A stretch of DNA of 64,000 nucleotides, taken from the NCBI GenBank assembly GCA_013265495.1, contig MU061579.1, positions 3,655,319 to 3,719,318 on the forward strand, given 5' to 3'. Source of the DNA: Vicugna vicugna. Taxonomy: Eukaryota. Every line of letters starts with the position of its first letter. Position 1 is the stretch's first letter. Both the position numbers and the translations under genes were made by a program. Below, one piece after another: positions 39,031 through 53,226 of the stretch. A model generated the notes under the pieces. That model was not told the origin of the DNA. It ran no database searches and saw only the letters and a program-made list of their open reading frames with translations.

Positions 39031-40709
39031 TGTAATATACATAGACTGAAACAAAGTTTTCAAATATACCAGCTGGTAATATAAGAAAGTTAAAAGTATC
39101 TGTCATTCTGAGGGGTAAAATTTTGAATTTTAGAATGAAATATGTGAGGAGGTTAAAATCAAAGAAAATAATAGTTTAGGTGCATTGATTATTTGCAAAC
39201 AATAAATAAGGAAAATACTTCATGAGAAAGAGAGTCAATATTTCAATGGCTATAAGGCAGGTTTTGGAATAAGTTGGCCTGAAAACACAAGCATTTAAGG
39301 CTGTGTATATATCAACTAAGAATTGATACACAAAAACTGAAATTTATTTAACTTTATGGTCATGTCATAGTTTTAAAAATTTTAAAGTTTCATTTTTGAG
39401 ATTAAAAAGCAAATGGATATGTCTATTCTCATTGATCTATTGTGGAGGTATTGAAAAAACTCACAAATTTAGTATGTCAAGTAGCCTCTACTGGATTCAG
39501 GAAGTAACTGGAAGAGATAACCTTTTGAGGTCAGATCTAAGATTCTAATACTTTAATGTCTAAAAAGCAAATAATTATAAAAATTTTTTCCTTTACCTCT
39601 ATATTTCTCTCTCTCTTTCTCTAGCTTTCAATCTCACAATTTAACTCAAATTAGTTTCTTTGTATTAAGCGGAAATCAATTGTTGTCTGATTGAGGATAT
39701 TATGGACAATCAACCTATGGAAAAAGAAGTGCTTAATATGATTCCTAAGCAATCACACAGTTTGCTGAAATTGTTTGTATAGGACAGTGACGTGGCCTTT
39801 CCATCTTGATCATGCAGAGGGTCCACTGGTAGGAAATTAAAAGCGAAAAAAAAAAAAAAGCAAAAATATCAAATCATTTATGTTCTTGAAAGCTAAAATA
39901 ATTTCAACTTATACATCATGACAAAGTAAGGCAAGGAAATCTTTAAAAATGTGCTTTTTTTCCTCTGTAGTGTTCACAACACAAATGCATTTACAAGATG
40001 TTAAGTTATATACTCATAAAAATAGTCAGATTGAAGTAAGAAACAGCTTTCTAACATATTTGACTCCACTTCCAGGACTAGTGTCGGCACTCCCTAGGAC
40101 CTTTGTATATTAATTCAGCTATGAACGGTAGTTGGCCTGTCATCATTCAGGTGGGTTTATTGGGCCGGTGCTGACTGTGCCAGCTACACCAGGGAAATAT
40201 AGGGACAACCAGTGATTTAGGAGTAGTTTTGCCTGAATAACCTTTCACAGTCCTTCTCAAAATTATGATTCAATGCAAGTATATGAATTCCTGATTAAAA
40301 TGGCTTTCAACAATGTGAAATCTGCATGAAATAAAGGAGGAAGATATTTCAACTTGAAAATAAAACCATTGGAGTTGCAAAATACCTGGTATGCGGTAGT
40401 ACTCAATAAACGTGTGTTGAAGGAATGACTGAAGAGGTAGTTAGATGGCTAATACTAATGCAACACTGAGCCACTTGATAAAAATGTACCAGCGTGGTGG
40501 ACCATACACCCAATTAGACCTAAAGCACCTACACAATTATTGTGACACTTTACTAGTATGTGCTTATCCATCTCAAAAATATCCCAAAACACAAACAACA
40601 AAACTAATTCAATAACTTTTCCTGACCACATAAGATTCTTTTAATAGTTGACACTTACAGATAAGTTTGTAAATCCTGATCAGAGTCACTATATGTATAT
40701 ACTGTATTA

Positions 40710-41245
40710 TTCTATGGCCAGTTTGGTAAAATTGGGAAGTACACATCCCAGGAATCTCTTTCTTATGTGATTTCAAGTTAGAGTAGATGAATATTTGGGA
40801 GACAGAATGAAGAAATAGGATTAGGCTCGAGAGACAGGCATATTGTCTTAGAGAGACAAAGTGGTACAGATTTTTCTAACTTGTTCCTGCTCTTGCCTGC
40901 TCTTCAGCCAACAGTCTGATTCCTGACTGACTTAAGTCACACTAACCAACAGCAGCCCAAGCCCACCCATGGATGCTTTGTTACAAAACTCAGAGAGGAG
41001 GTAGCAACACAAGCTAGAACCAATACTGCTCCACAGACTTCTATGCCAGCCACATTTATGTTGCTACTCTAGAAGCTGGATACATTTAGCTTCAATGTCT
41101 CCCTGAAAATTTTACACACTTGTTTTCTCATTTCTCCAGTTCCTATTTTTGGATCAACCTTTCTGTGAATCTTACATCATTTGTGTAATATGTAATCCCG
41201 TTAATAAATAACCTAGTCCATAATTCTTAGGGTAGTTCTTTATCA
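40710..41245 (+). mobile_element. Degraded ERVL-type LTR (LTR16/33-like)
   Basis: AAAATTGGGAAGTACACATCCCAGGAATCTCTTTC near the start; AATAAATAACC...GTAGTTCT near the end. Confidence 0.45.
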
Positions 41246-41261
41246 ATTTTATCTAGTCAAA

Positions 41262-41670
41262 GACATGGTATCTCCCATCCCTTATGCTCCTCTTCGGTGT
41301 TACTTACTAATCCTCTATCAAGTACTGGGGGCTATTTCTCTACTCTCCTGAATCAGGGTTAGGGAGTAAGGCCCGTGACCCTCATAGAATATGGGGTAAG
41401 TGATGAAGTGTTGAGAGCAAGAGATGATCAACCAACCCTGAGTTGCTCCAGGCTTCCTGCCTGGTCCCAGACATTTGAATTAGTACAGCCAATTCAAGTT
41501 TCAGATCATTCCACACCCAACTGCCACTTAATGGCAACTACATGAAATACTTGGAGAAAGAATGCTATCTGAACCCAGTCTACACAAAGACCCATTAGAG
41601 ATAATAAGATATTGCCATTTTAAAATAGATACGGGATTTAATTGTTAATGCAACTTTAGATAACAAAGGC
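41262..41670 (+). mobile_element. Old MLT1 (MaLR) LTR remnant
   Basis: CCTGAATCAGGGTT...CATAGAATATGGGGTAAGTGATG...AGAGATAATAAGATATTGCCATTTTAA...TTGTTAATGCAACTTTAGATAAC. Confidence 0.6.
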
Positions 41671-42894
41671 AATTAATTACAAACACTCTCTGCTTTCCTG
41701 AAGCCCTGATTTCACCACTGCAGTTCAATGTATAAGGGATTTGGCAGTTGCTAAGTGAAGCTGAGCAAGCAATTCAAAGTTCAAGAAATGATACATAAGA
41801 CTTGTTTAATTTTAATAATTCCATTGTGAGTTTATTTTTATATTGTGAGGCCATTTGCTGTATGAGATTTACAAGCATTACTCGGACTGCAGTATTCTGC
41901 CTAAAACTATTTTTAAAGACACAAATGACTGAGTCCCACTGTTCCCTCCTTATAGGAAAAATACATTTTGAAAGAGAACATGCACTGCGTACCAAAATTT
42001 TGTTATAAAATTCATTTTATATCACCACATTTTATATTATCAAATAACACACAGAAAATGTGTTGATTTTGCTATCCCTTCTTCATGCGTCTTGATTGTT
42101 GGAGAAGGCCGGAGAAATGTGTGGACTCAGAAACTTAGGCAGCAGGATTTTTGACCTTTCAGAAACTACTCAAAAGTCACTTAAAATCACTACTGACAGA
42201 CAATTCAGATTTCATTGGCACTAAAGGACTTAGGGAACCTTAATGAAGTGGTTATTGGCTGGAATTTACTTTGGTGATGTTGATTCTTGCATCACTTAGA
42301 ATTCTGAATCCTTCCTCTGCTTTATCTTTTTTATGTTTACAAATTATTCTGAGATATAGTACTCCCATATGTAAAATAGGTAATATAAAACCTATTTCTA
42401 GAGGGTTTTTTTTTCTTTCTTTCTTTCTTTTTTTTTTCTAAAGAATTCTATGCCAGTGAGTATGGTACTCAGAAAATTCGCCACGACTACTGATTCCCTT
42501 TACCTCTTAACTCCCACCATACCTCTGCCCTCCCACTTTTCTGCCTCACTCAAGTTTGTCTTTTGACCTTTTCTTAATATCTTCAATCAAGATTCTAGTC
42601 CACTAAATGCTTAATGCTGTGTCTACTTTTTTTCTGAGAATGAATATGTACTATGTCCTAAGTTTTCCTTGGCTTTGACCTTTCCTCTGACCTTTCTCCA
42701 TGTAATAATTCTAGCAAACTAATACAGGGATTAATGATCATTTTTTCTGTTTAATTTCAGCCATTAATGAGCATATGAGGAAAATTTACTCCCCTTAACA
42801 TATCCTCATGAACTGAAGTTATTAATATATCTGGCATTGTAATATAACATTATGTTCCATTCATTCATCCAGTTGCACTTGATATATATATTTA

Positions 42895-42936
42895 TGTGTG
42901 TATATGTGTCTGTGTGTGTGTGTGTGTGTGTATGTA
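42895..42936. repeat. (TG)n microsatellite
   Basis: Directly visible. Confidence 0.9.
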
Positions 42937-44099
42937 TCCTTATATGCTATAGTCAGAGAAGATATATTAGTAGATATCTAAATATTGAAACAGCCTTTCT
43001 CCATTGTTTTGTACTATTCCACATTCTATTCTACAACTGCTCTCTGCTATTTTCCCCAAACCTCTTTGATACTTCTTGGAAAAAAAAAAAGTTTGACATA
43101 ACTTCTCTTGGACACTGAATATCCAAAAAAACTCCAGATATACTCCTGAAATACCAAAATAGGATAGATTAGATTGTTGGTAAATATTCAATCCTTCCCA
43201 TTTTCAGAGAAGAGTATTTTCCATGGCCCATTAATTTTGTTTTTAATCATGATTTTCTGTTTGTTTATTTCTGCTTTGGTCTCAAAGGGAACAAAAAGAA
43301 GACATTGCTCCTGGCCCTAATTTCTGAAATCTCTGTTACTTTAAAACACCAGTCATGCTCTCATTCATGAATCTCCAGGTCAGTTTGGGATCAGTAAATA
43401 TAGGCTGGCTCATCAGGGGAGCTTGATTCATACTTTACTGGGCTACTTGCCATTTATTCATAGCTTTTGTTGCTTAATATTTATCATTAATTCATATTTA
43501 AATTAATGTTATGCTTACCATGTATTACTAATTCATACACAATTTTCAATTATAATGCTTCAAATTCACATGTATATAAAGCCATTTGATTTTTAATAGC
43601 ATTCTACAAGTAGTTCATCTCATTCTGAAAGATGTGAAATTATGAATATGCTAACTTATTTAATTATTCAAAGAGCCAAAAAGAAGATTTGAAAATCATT
43701 TCAAGAGATATATTTCTTTTCAAAATTACAACATACTATGTTCATATTTAGAGCCTGAAAAAGAAGCCCTAGATTTGAGTTGTGTCTTGAAGAATCAGAG
43801 TGGTGGACGAATGTATAATATTGTTTTACCTAAATGCTTGGAAAACAGAGGACATACAGAATAGTCTAATGATCTACCAAGAATAAATAGAAACATGATT
43901 TGAAGTAAAAATAGGCAATCATATGGATGTGAATACAAAATTAAAATTTCACTAATACTGGCATCCAAAGGTAATTTTATTTTTATTGAAATTATGCACA
44001 TATATGAACTTAATATAAACTGAAATAGTACACAGTGATAGTACCATAGCATATGAAATTAGGAGCGTATAGATTTTGATGAACAAAGATGTTGATTTA

Positions 44100-44290
44100 A
44101 CCATTCACTTGTTCATTGTTTCATCCAACACATACTGAGTGACTTCCACCCTCTTCTGGCCACTGTTCCAGGCATATGGAGTCTGTAGCAACAACCTAGC
44201 TAAGATCCCTCGCCTCATGGAGCATATTTTCTAGTGGAATAAAGTGAGTAGATAAACTAGATATTATCAGCTACTTAAGTTGCTTTGAAT
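44100..44290 (-). mobile_element. L2 3' end
   Basis: CATTCACTTGTTCATT...CAACACATACTGAGTG...GGCCACTGTTCCAGGC...CCTCATGGAGCATATTTTCTAGTGG. Confidence 0.7.
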
Positions 44291-44501
44291 CATTCAGTTT
44301 TATAGGCACAAAACTGAGGAATGTGTTTCAATACTGAATCATCTTGATAACTTAAAAAGAAACAAACACTTAAATTCTATTATTTTCATTATTATGCTGG
44401 ATTACTAACACATCTTCTAAGTGCAGCAATAATACCTCTGCAACATGCATTAGTTTTACCAGTGACAGTCTTGTATTTCATCTGGCAAATTTAAATATGT
44501 C

Positions 44502-44982
44502 CTTTTTTTAAAATTGAAGTATACTCATTTTACAATGTTGTGTCAATTTCTTGTGTACAGCATAATGCTTCAGTCACATATACATTCATGTATTTCTTTT
44601 CATATTATTTTTCATTATAAGTTGCTAAAAGATATTGAATATATTTCCCTATATTATACAGTAGAAACATGTTGTTTATCTATTTTATATATAGCAGTTA
44701 GTGCCTGCAAATTCTGAATGCCCCATTTATTCCTTCCTACCCCTTTTCTCCCCCAGTCACCATAAGTTTGTTTTCTACTTCTGTGAGTTTGTTTCTGTTT
44801 TGTGAATAAGTTAATTTGTGTCTTTTTTTTTTTTTAGCTTCCACATATAAGTGATATCATATGGTATTTTCCTTCTCTTTCTGGCTTACTTCACTTAGTA
44901 TGACAATTTCCAGGTCCATCCATGTTGCTGCAAATGGCATTATTTTATTTTTTATGGTTGAGCAGTATTCCATTGTATATAT
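44502..44982 (-). mobile_element. Younger 5'-truncated L1 3' end
   Basis: TTTTTTAAAATTGAAGTATACTCATTTTACAATGTTG...TTCCACATATAAGTGATATCATATGGTATTT...CATCCATGTTGCTGCAAATGGCA; possible degraded TSD TAAATA(T/G)G(T/C)CC. Confidence 0.9.
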
Positions 44983-46454
44983 AAATAGGCCCATTAAAAA
45001 AAAACACACAACACTTAATATCAAAATTTTGCATCTTATGGAATGTACAATAGTGTTATCAATCTTACATTATATGTAAATACATCTTCTGGGAATTAAG
45101 TAATTTCAAATATTCTGTATGGTACAGATATCTATGAGGATGAGAAGATGGAAAGAGTGTGCACAGGAAAATAAAAATGTTTTTTATTTGCATTTCTGTT
45201 TTCAATCTACTTTTATCCTCATTACTTTTGTTAAACTTGAGTTGAGATGCAAGAACATTTGGTTTCTTGAAATTGAAAGCACCTTATGCAAAATCATTTT
45301 ATTACTATTATAAGAAATATCTTTATGCATGTTCTGCACTAAAAAAACAGGGGTTTGGGGGCTAATAGAAATGTATTAAAGAGCCAAATAAATGCAAATA
45401 ATATAATTAGAGTTGGAAAAAGCCAAGAAGACCAATATAGTAAATGCTTATTTACTATATCAAAATGTTCATAAGGTGGGCAAAAATAGACATCCAATTA
45501 ATTTCACCATCTTAAGTTTATCCCTAAAACTTTGTAAAAAATTATAAATTCATTTACATTTAAATAAAATATACTCTTTTATATTCCAAGCAAATAAAAG
45601 TTTCCAAACAGATTATCTTCAAGTCTGTTCAGTTACACAAAGTATTTCATTTTTAATTCTATGTACAATTTTGATGGAATAATGTCATTTAGTGAACTTT
45701 TTTGTAAATACCTGCCTCTGGCAAGAAACAATTTAAAAACAAAGGATGAAATGAAATCTTAATATGTGTCACTAATCAACAATGTACACACAGAGTCTGT
45801 TTTTGAGAAGAACCGGTACAAGCAGCTTGTTGCCTTAGGAAGACAGCAATCAAACCTCAAAGAATGTGCATTACTACAATGTCATCAAAAAAACTGCTTG
45901 TATCACAAACATTTTAGCTGGACCCCAAAGGTTCAGTTCATCCAAGGACTATGCTATGCATGTCCAGATTTATTCTCTTTAAATCTATTTAAACAGCAGT
46001 AATTATTCTTTTAATTCCTCAGATTGCCTTGCACATGAGCTTTTAATGGTTGGCCTGTGGTGATTTAAACATTTTTGAGGAAGGGAAAGGGGTAGGAAGC
46101 ACAAAATATATATAGAGGCTTGGTCTCGAATTCTGTTTAAAATCAGGATTAATTTAGAGAAAAAGATAAACATAAATCATGTTTTTTAAAAATTATAATC
46201 AGCAAGAAGCACTCCTAAAATTGTTCCTTTATTCTCTTAAATGATTCATGTGTGTATAATCATAAACTTTCAGCACCTTAAACATCACCCACATAGACCC
46301 TTTATTTAATAGTTAAAACTTTTTACACTTTTGTAAAGCTACTTTTTGTTGAGATAATTAGTGAATATTTTATCAGAAGTCTAGAATCTCAGAAGCTTAT
46401 GGGACATCCAGAATTAATCTATTAATCAATTATATAATTGATTACTACATATAT

Positions 46455-46534
46455 ACTTGATTTTTTCCTGCAATTATTAACCATATATATTATATATACA
46501 TTATAAGGTTAACAATTGCAGAAAAAAATCAAGT
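46455..46534. repeat. Inverted repeat, 28-bp arms (26/28) with a 24-nt AT loop
   Basis: ACTTGATTTTTTCCTGCAATTATTAACC ... GGTTAACAATTGCAGAAAAAAATCAAGT. Confidence 0.9.
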
Positions 46535-49500
46535 TTTTAATCTAAAAATAAAATGAATTTTGATAACATTAAATAAAAATAATGCTTATATATAACATCT
46601 CATAGTATTTAGTATGTATGCAGTGATGGTTTTAAACAGATTTTCATAATTTTTAAGATTTTTAGAAAGTCTTTTGATAATCTAGACAATGGTCAGAAAT
46701 TCATGGAAACTGGAATGTTTTCTTATTGTTAGAAGGAAGGACAATAATTAGGAAATAATCCTTCTTTATTTCCTTAGTGAAGGTGATTTCTCCAGTTAAC
46801 AATTCCTGATCCCATGTCTGTCTTGGGTCCTGATCTGGATTCCAGACCTTTTGTTACATTCTCAGTTCCTTCTCCTTTTCTTTCTCCATCCAGACCAATG
46901 TCCTTCCTTGTTCTGGCTGACAAATTAATCACACCCTTAACCATTTGACTATAATTTTGATGAGCAATAAAGAGCTTCCCAAGTTTAATATTATAAAATT
47001 ATTTTAAAATTAATGTTGCTGAAGCTTATTTGTATTCTCTGTTGTGTTTAATCTTAGTCCATTTTTAATCAGGATCAAATTATGTGTTTTCTTCTCAGCA
47101 ACATAAAAATGTACCTACCTGAGGATTATAATTTATCGGTTTGAATTCATCTTTCCCTCCTACAACTAGTGTATAACATGGCTTTATGTTTTAAAAAAGC
47201 TTAAAAAAGATACATAAATTTAATTAACGCATGTAAAAACAGATAAAAGTGACTCTTACCTTTAAATTTTTGTTCAGATCTAAAAGTATCACTTATAAGG
47301 AGATGTATATATAGATAGATAGATCATTCTTATATACATATATAGTATGTACTTCATCCATTAAACAATATGAACACTAACATAAGATTGAGTCTATTTT
47401 ATTAAATTTCACCTCAAAATATTTCAATTATTTTCCTTACTGCTTATATTGGACTGATGAGTCTTTTGAATCTTGTTAATTTATCTGTGTTGTGAAGGAG
47501 AATATATGTTGTTTGTATGACTATCATCATCAAAAATTGCATGTTTAGTATCTGGTATGTCCTAAATCTGTTGAGGATGCTAAATGAGGGGTGGATTGAT
47601 GATATGATCTATTTCTCCAACTGTCTGTCTGTCCCTATATCTTCTACATCTATCTCTTTATCTATCTATTCATTAATCAACAGATTATATTTACTCTGTA
47701 GAACATCTTGAGCTGATTCAGAAAGACTTTCTTATAGATCTTTCACAACAAACTATGCTGTATAATTTTATTTCTTCTTTTTATCCTTGGACTCTAGGGT
47801 GATGGGTATTGAACTGACAAGACATGAACATTAGGAATCAAGATGTAACTAAGCTGGATTATACTTCTCTAGAGAGTGCTTTGATTATGCAATCTGATTA
47901 CCTTTCAACTTGAATCTCCTGATCCACATGCTATCTAAATTAATCTTTCCTGATGGGTAGGTAGCTCATTTGGCTTCGTACCCACAGTTTGCACTGCCAA
48001 AGTCATGTACTTAAAATAGTTCATTGTTGTAAGTTTTGGATTATTAATGATGTTTTGAAAAATCATATAACTCTATTATTTTTCTCCAACCAAAATCCAT
48101 TATTTGAAATTGCCTTATTTTAAGGCTTATTAATTAAAAGAATTTCCTTAATTAATGCATTCAACAATGAACAGCCCTGTTAGATTCTAAATATGCTCAG
48201 ACCATGCTCAATCTTGAGAACCATAAATTATTCTTTCATCTCTTATTTACTGTGCAATACTACATTTCATGCACGGTGGTTTCTGGCTTTTTTAGACATG
48301 TTTTAATTAGATCACAGTATACTTATTGAAATTAAAATCAGGAATCTCTTAACCATTTCTTTGTCTGAAAGTCATCTGAAATAAAATGTCTTGACATATA
48401 AAATCTACTCAACATACTACTTTTTCTTTACCAGGTTGTACAAGCATACATTATTCAGGTAATCTGGGTTCTCAATTTCTGGAGTTCTAAGTTCTCTGAG
48501 AACTAGGGAAATAATAAGCATTTTGGTTATATGATGTTCTCAAAGGCAAGGATAGAAGGTAGGGAAATTAAAGTAAAACATACTCTTTGGTTTCCATTTT
48601 GCTACAGAAAGTAGCTTAACAAATGTAGTCCACTACAGATCAACTTGGGATCTAAATATACAGATTATTTGTCTAAATACTTTTGTCTAAATCTTCATGC
48701 ATCAACTAGTTTATGCTAATTTTATTGTGGTTTGAGTTTTCTGTGGGAGTAACTAGGCTTTTATGGGAGTTACTATGTAATAAGAGTATTATATATGAGC
48801 AACATTTTATTTAAGATTATTATACTTTCAGTTATTTTTAAAATAAAAGTGACTTTTATAATGTCCTAAAATTATAGAAAATTTATCACAAAACATGATA
48901 TAGGTAAATTCTAAAACAATTCCTAATGAAAATTTTACTTAGAGGCTTGCCAAGACACACTAATTTTGTAGAAGTATATTAAAGCCTAAAGATACAATTT
49001 ACATGGAAAATGGAAAAACTAGACTCATTACTAATGTATTATCCCAAATTGAAAAAAAAAAGATTGAGAGATAAGCATGCAAGTTTCTATAGAAAGAAGT
49101 ACTAAGATGCAATATTCTCACTAAAAAGCAATATCTCACTTTACCACTGATGATAAATAGATACATCATTTTATAGCATCATACTATTGCTGGATTTGGA
49201 GGGACCTTTGGGAGGTTCCCTTAGAATGCTTTCCCTACTATAATTGAAAGTGTTGATTTTGAAGGAAGATTTTGCTTAGGTAACACTTTGTTCTTCAAGG
49301 TTCTGAGTGTCTTAAGTGTGTTCCTAACAAGGGCATAAATATATTTGGTTACAAACTTGAATGTGTAGGTGTTTACAACAGTAAAAGTCAACACAAAAAT
49401 CACTCTGGAAATATTTGAGTCAAATAATTCTAAATTATAAAACTTAAAATGTATCATTTGATTCATGAGAGTTATAGATGAAGGGAATTTTGGAGGAACT

Positions 49501-50904
49501 AGTTTGATAATCAGGTGCCATAGTGGTGAGATGAGTTATATGCATGACACTTAAGCCATGAAGTTGAGTGACCAATGCAGAATCTCTGTCCAAGCAATTA
49601 CTACAAACGTGGCATTGGGCTTCTTGCATCTCAGTTTAATCAGCTGAAAGATGGATTGGATAATAACACTTACCCCACAAATTTGTAACAAAGAATTAAC
49701 ACGTAAAAGCACAGCTTAGTAAGAACTCAATGTTCATTATGAAAATATTTACATTTTACTTAGACTTGAAATATTCTGTGTACATAATGAAGCCTGTATA
49801 CATCTTTAAGATTTCTATTTGTCTTGGCTACCAAGAGGCGAGGTTATTTTAAACTAGAGAGACTCAGATTAAATGTAGATGCAACTTTTTTTTTGCCTTC
49901 CAGGCAACAAGCAAGAGTTTTTTGTTTTGTTTTCTTGTTTATTTTTAAGAAAAAAAAATCTCTGAGTCTCCTTAGAGTTTTGGGGTAAGCACAGCTGTGG
50001 TGACTAGCTGGTGCCAGGATTGCAGAGAAGAGGCTGAAACTGAGGTGCATTGTTTGGGGAAGACATAAAAGATAAGGAGACATAAAATTTTAGGTGGTGC
50101 CCAAATCAAAGCTGGGGAAGCTGAATTTGGTCATCAAGTTCAAGGAAATAGCACAGGGTCATGAATAAGTAAAAAAAAATTAACAGAGTCAGAAAGCCAG
50201 TATATAGTGAGATGCATAAAAAAGTAAAAATAGATTAGAATAAAGAAAACGATTTTAAACATTTACTGTGAATTAAATTGGAGGCATGATACTCCTTTTC
50301 ATTAATACCCTAATTTCTAGCATCAATTTTTACTTTCATATTAATGATTGTGTACCTACTGTCAAATTTTATCCTCTTTATCCTTCTCTCTCCCAACATG
50401 CCTTTTTTGAATATCTAGGTATCACCTTTACCTGGACCATTTCATGCAAGAATTATAGTATAGGTAGGCCTTTTATTATGAATCAATTATAACCTATTTA
50501 AACCCTAGGCATGGTATAAATATTAAAATAAAAAGAGTAACCGTTAGATGGCTATAAAAAGCTAAGGCAAATTCTCAGCACAACAAATGTGTAGCATCAG
50601 TAATAGTAACACTTTTTCTCTACTTGTTAGACCACAAATAGATGAATGGACTCATTTATGGACATATTTTCAATAAGACAATGCTAAACCAGCTGAGGGG
50701 AAATGATATACTTAAAAGAGTAGGATAGGGGATCTCATATCATTGCCATAGGCAAGTTGTTGATGGAATTAAGCAGAAACAACTAAGTAGATGTTTATAG
50801 AGACTGGATGGGAAGCTCCTGTAATAATGCAAGATATATATTGCAATGATGAAGAGAAATAGACTTTCACAAGAGTTCTAGAGCAAAATAGTGTAGGTGA
50901 ATAT

Positions 50905-51110
50905 TCTTATGTTGTCACTTACTTTTTGACTGCTCTTGGGCAAGTCACTTACCTATGTTGAGGTTTGATTTCTTAATTTGTAAAATAAGGATAAAAATAA
51001 TACCTAATTATAGTATTATTCAAAGATTAATAAGCTTAATATATGATTTGATATATTTAAAGTGCTTGTAAAGTAATTGTGACAAATACTCAATATAGTT
51101 TATTAATTGC
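50905..51110 (+). mobile_element. MIR SINE
   Basis: CTTGGGCAAGTCACTTACCTATGTTGAGGTTTGATTTCTTAATTTGTAAAATAAGGATAAAAATAATACCTA. Confidence 0.8.
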
Positions 51111-51496
51111 TTTTCAAATTTTGCTAGTGATACTATTCTGAGTCTCTTGTAACAAACAGGTTAATTAGTTTTTAAGTTCTAGCTTTTTTAGTAGACTTTA
51201 TGATGAGAAGTTTTCAGACTTGTAATGATAATAAGATAGAAACTGAAATAGTAGAGAGTCTTAATATTTGGATAAAATAATCTGATTTCTGATGACTAGT
51301 CAAACTTAGAGCACTCCAAGTGTTCGCAGAATTCTGAAGGGGTACATGGATTTGGTAGACAGTGTGAGCTAAGGGTCAGTATTAGGGTTCTACCAAACAT
51401 AAAAACTGGAGAAATTACTCAAAAAAAAAATTCAGAAGATTTTCAGTCAAATAGTTCTCAATCCTGACTGCATACAAGACATATTATATCAAGTGG

Positions 51497-51600
51497 TATA
51501 TATGTACACACACATATACATATATATACACATACATGCATATACATATATATACAAATATATATCAAGACATACATACATACATATATATATATATATA
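51497..51600. repeat. (TA/CA)n low-complexity tract
   Basis: Directly visible; lies where MLT2 LTRs usually carry such a tract. Confidence 0.85.
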
Positions 51601-51926
51601 CAGCTGATGGAGTAAGTTACAGTCAGGAGGCTGACAGGTTCAAGACCCAAGATGAGCCAATGTTTCAGTTCAACTCTGAAGACTAGAAGAGACAGATGTC
51701 TCAGTTCAAATCCATCAGACAGAAAGTATTCCATCTGAGGCTTTTTGTTCTATTCAGGCCTTCGATTAATTGCATCAGAGAGAGCAATTTCCTTTCCTTA
51801 GTCTACTGATTCACGTGTTAATCTCATCCATAAAAACCCTCACAGACACACAGTCAGAACAGTGTTTGGACAAATGTCTGGGCACCCAGTGTCTCAGTCA
51901 AGTTGACACTAAAATTAACTATCACA
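51601..51926 (-). mobile_element. MLT2-family LTR fragment
   Basis: AGCTGATGGAGTAAGTTACAGTC...TTTTGTTCTATTCAGGCCTTC...CAGTCAAGTTGACACTAAAATTAACTATCACA; homologous to 100-559. Confidence 0.87.
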
Positions 51927-53088
51927 TAGGTTTATTGTATTCTACTCATGAGTGCATAATCTCTCAATCCTTCTCTCTTTCTCTCTCTTTTGCTACATTT
52001 TTATAAAAATGACTATGTTGACAGTTAAGTGAAAGTTTGTTTGTTCCTTACATTAGAAATAGTTGTAACTAATTCTAACGAAGTTAAAATTATGCCTTAC
52101 ATGCGAGTTATAAGAAAACAAACTCTAACAGTTTATTGATGGGGGCATAGAAATTTGAGTGAATTGCCTTTTATTTGTATTATTATTAACATGTAAAGTA
52201 TCATTTAATCAACAAATAATAATAATAATTTTTATTAATTAGAAAAGAAGCAAAAATATATGACCTGCCTTCTAAATTGACCAGAATATCACAGAATGTG
52301 ATATTTTGAGCTGACTGTAACACCAAAAATGTTAGCTTAGAACTCACTGGGAAATAGTAGCTATATTTAGAGCTTACTCTGTACCTGGAAGTTTAATAAT
52401 GTCTCTATTTGTGAAGGGATTCTAACCTGAATAGAACAGAATATCAAAATACTGCATTAGACGTTAGTTATTCTTAAGAGTATCAATTTACTAATCCCTG
52501 TAACTCCTATCACCATAGGAATATCTGGCGAAACATCTTTCTCTCTTGTAGCCTGAGTTATGCCTACCAGGCACTTATTTTGCAAGGTTTTCATACTTTT
52601 TAGGAAAGAATTCACTCAAAGTCGCTGACTCTGCTAATTTCAAGGTGGTTGATAGAGATGTATTTTATTATCTATATGTTTCTGTGGGAATCACCACCTA
52701 CACAATGCACTCTGGCTATGATGTAGACACAATTTTGGGAACCATATTTTTTAATATTAAATGCCTACCCATTCGTTTCATGTGAGTCATGTAACAAAGT
52801 GGAAGTGCAGAAACACAATCCATGTGCTAAACACACAAGCACTCTAGTTACTGCCAAAGGCCGAAAACAAGTGACTCTCGAGTGGAAGTACAGAAAGAAT
52901 ATAAAATGAGGAAATTAGTAAACAAGGAAAAGGGAAAACTCTTTTTCCCAAAATGCCTGAGTTCGTGAGCCGATTTTATTCTTACCCTATTCTATAAAAC
53001 CATTACCTTTATTATTATTAATTCAATAGTGTGTACCTTGGAGAAAGACAGACCCATTTATTTAATAGTTTATAAGAACTTTAGAGGC

Positions 53089-53226
53089 TTTTTATTTATT
53101 TATTTTGGGGGGAGAGGTAATTAGGTTATTTATCTATTTATTTACTTTTAGAAGAGGTACTGGGGATTGAACCCAGGACCTGTACACACTAAGCATGCAC
53201 TCTACCACTTGAGCTATACTCTCCCC
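53089..53226 (-). mobile_element. tRNA-Ala-derived SINE (same family as 29548) with TSD
   Basis: Reverse complement GGGGAGAGTATAGCTCAAGTGGTAGAG...GGTCCTGGGTTCAATCCCCAGTACCTC; TAGTTTATAAGAACTT duplicated at 53066-53081 and 53230-53245. Confidence 0.9.
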
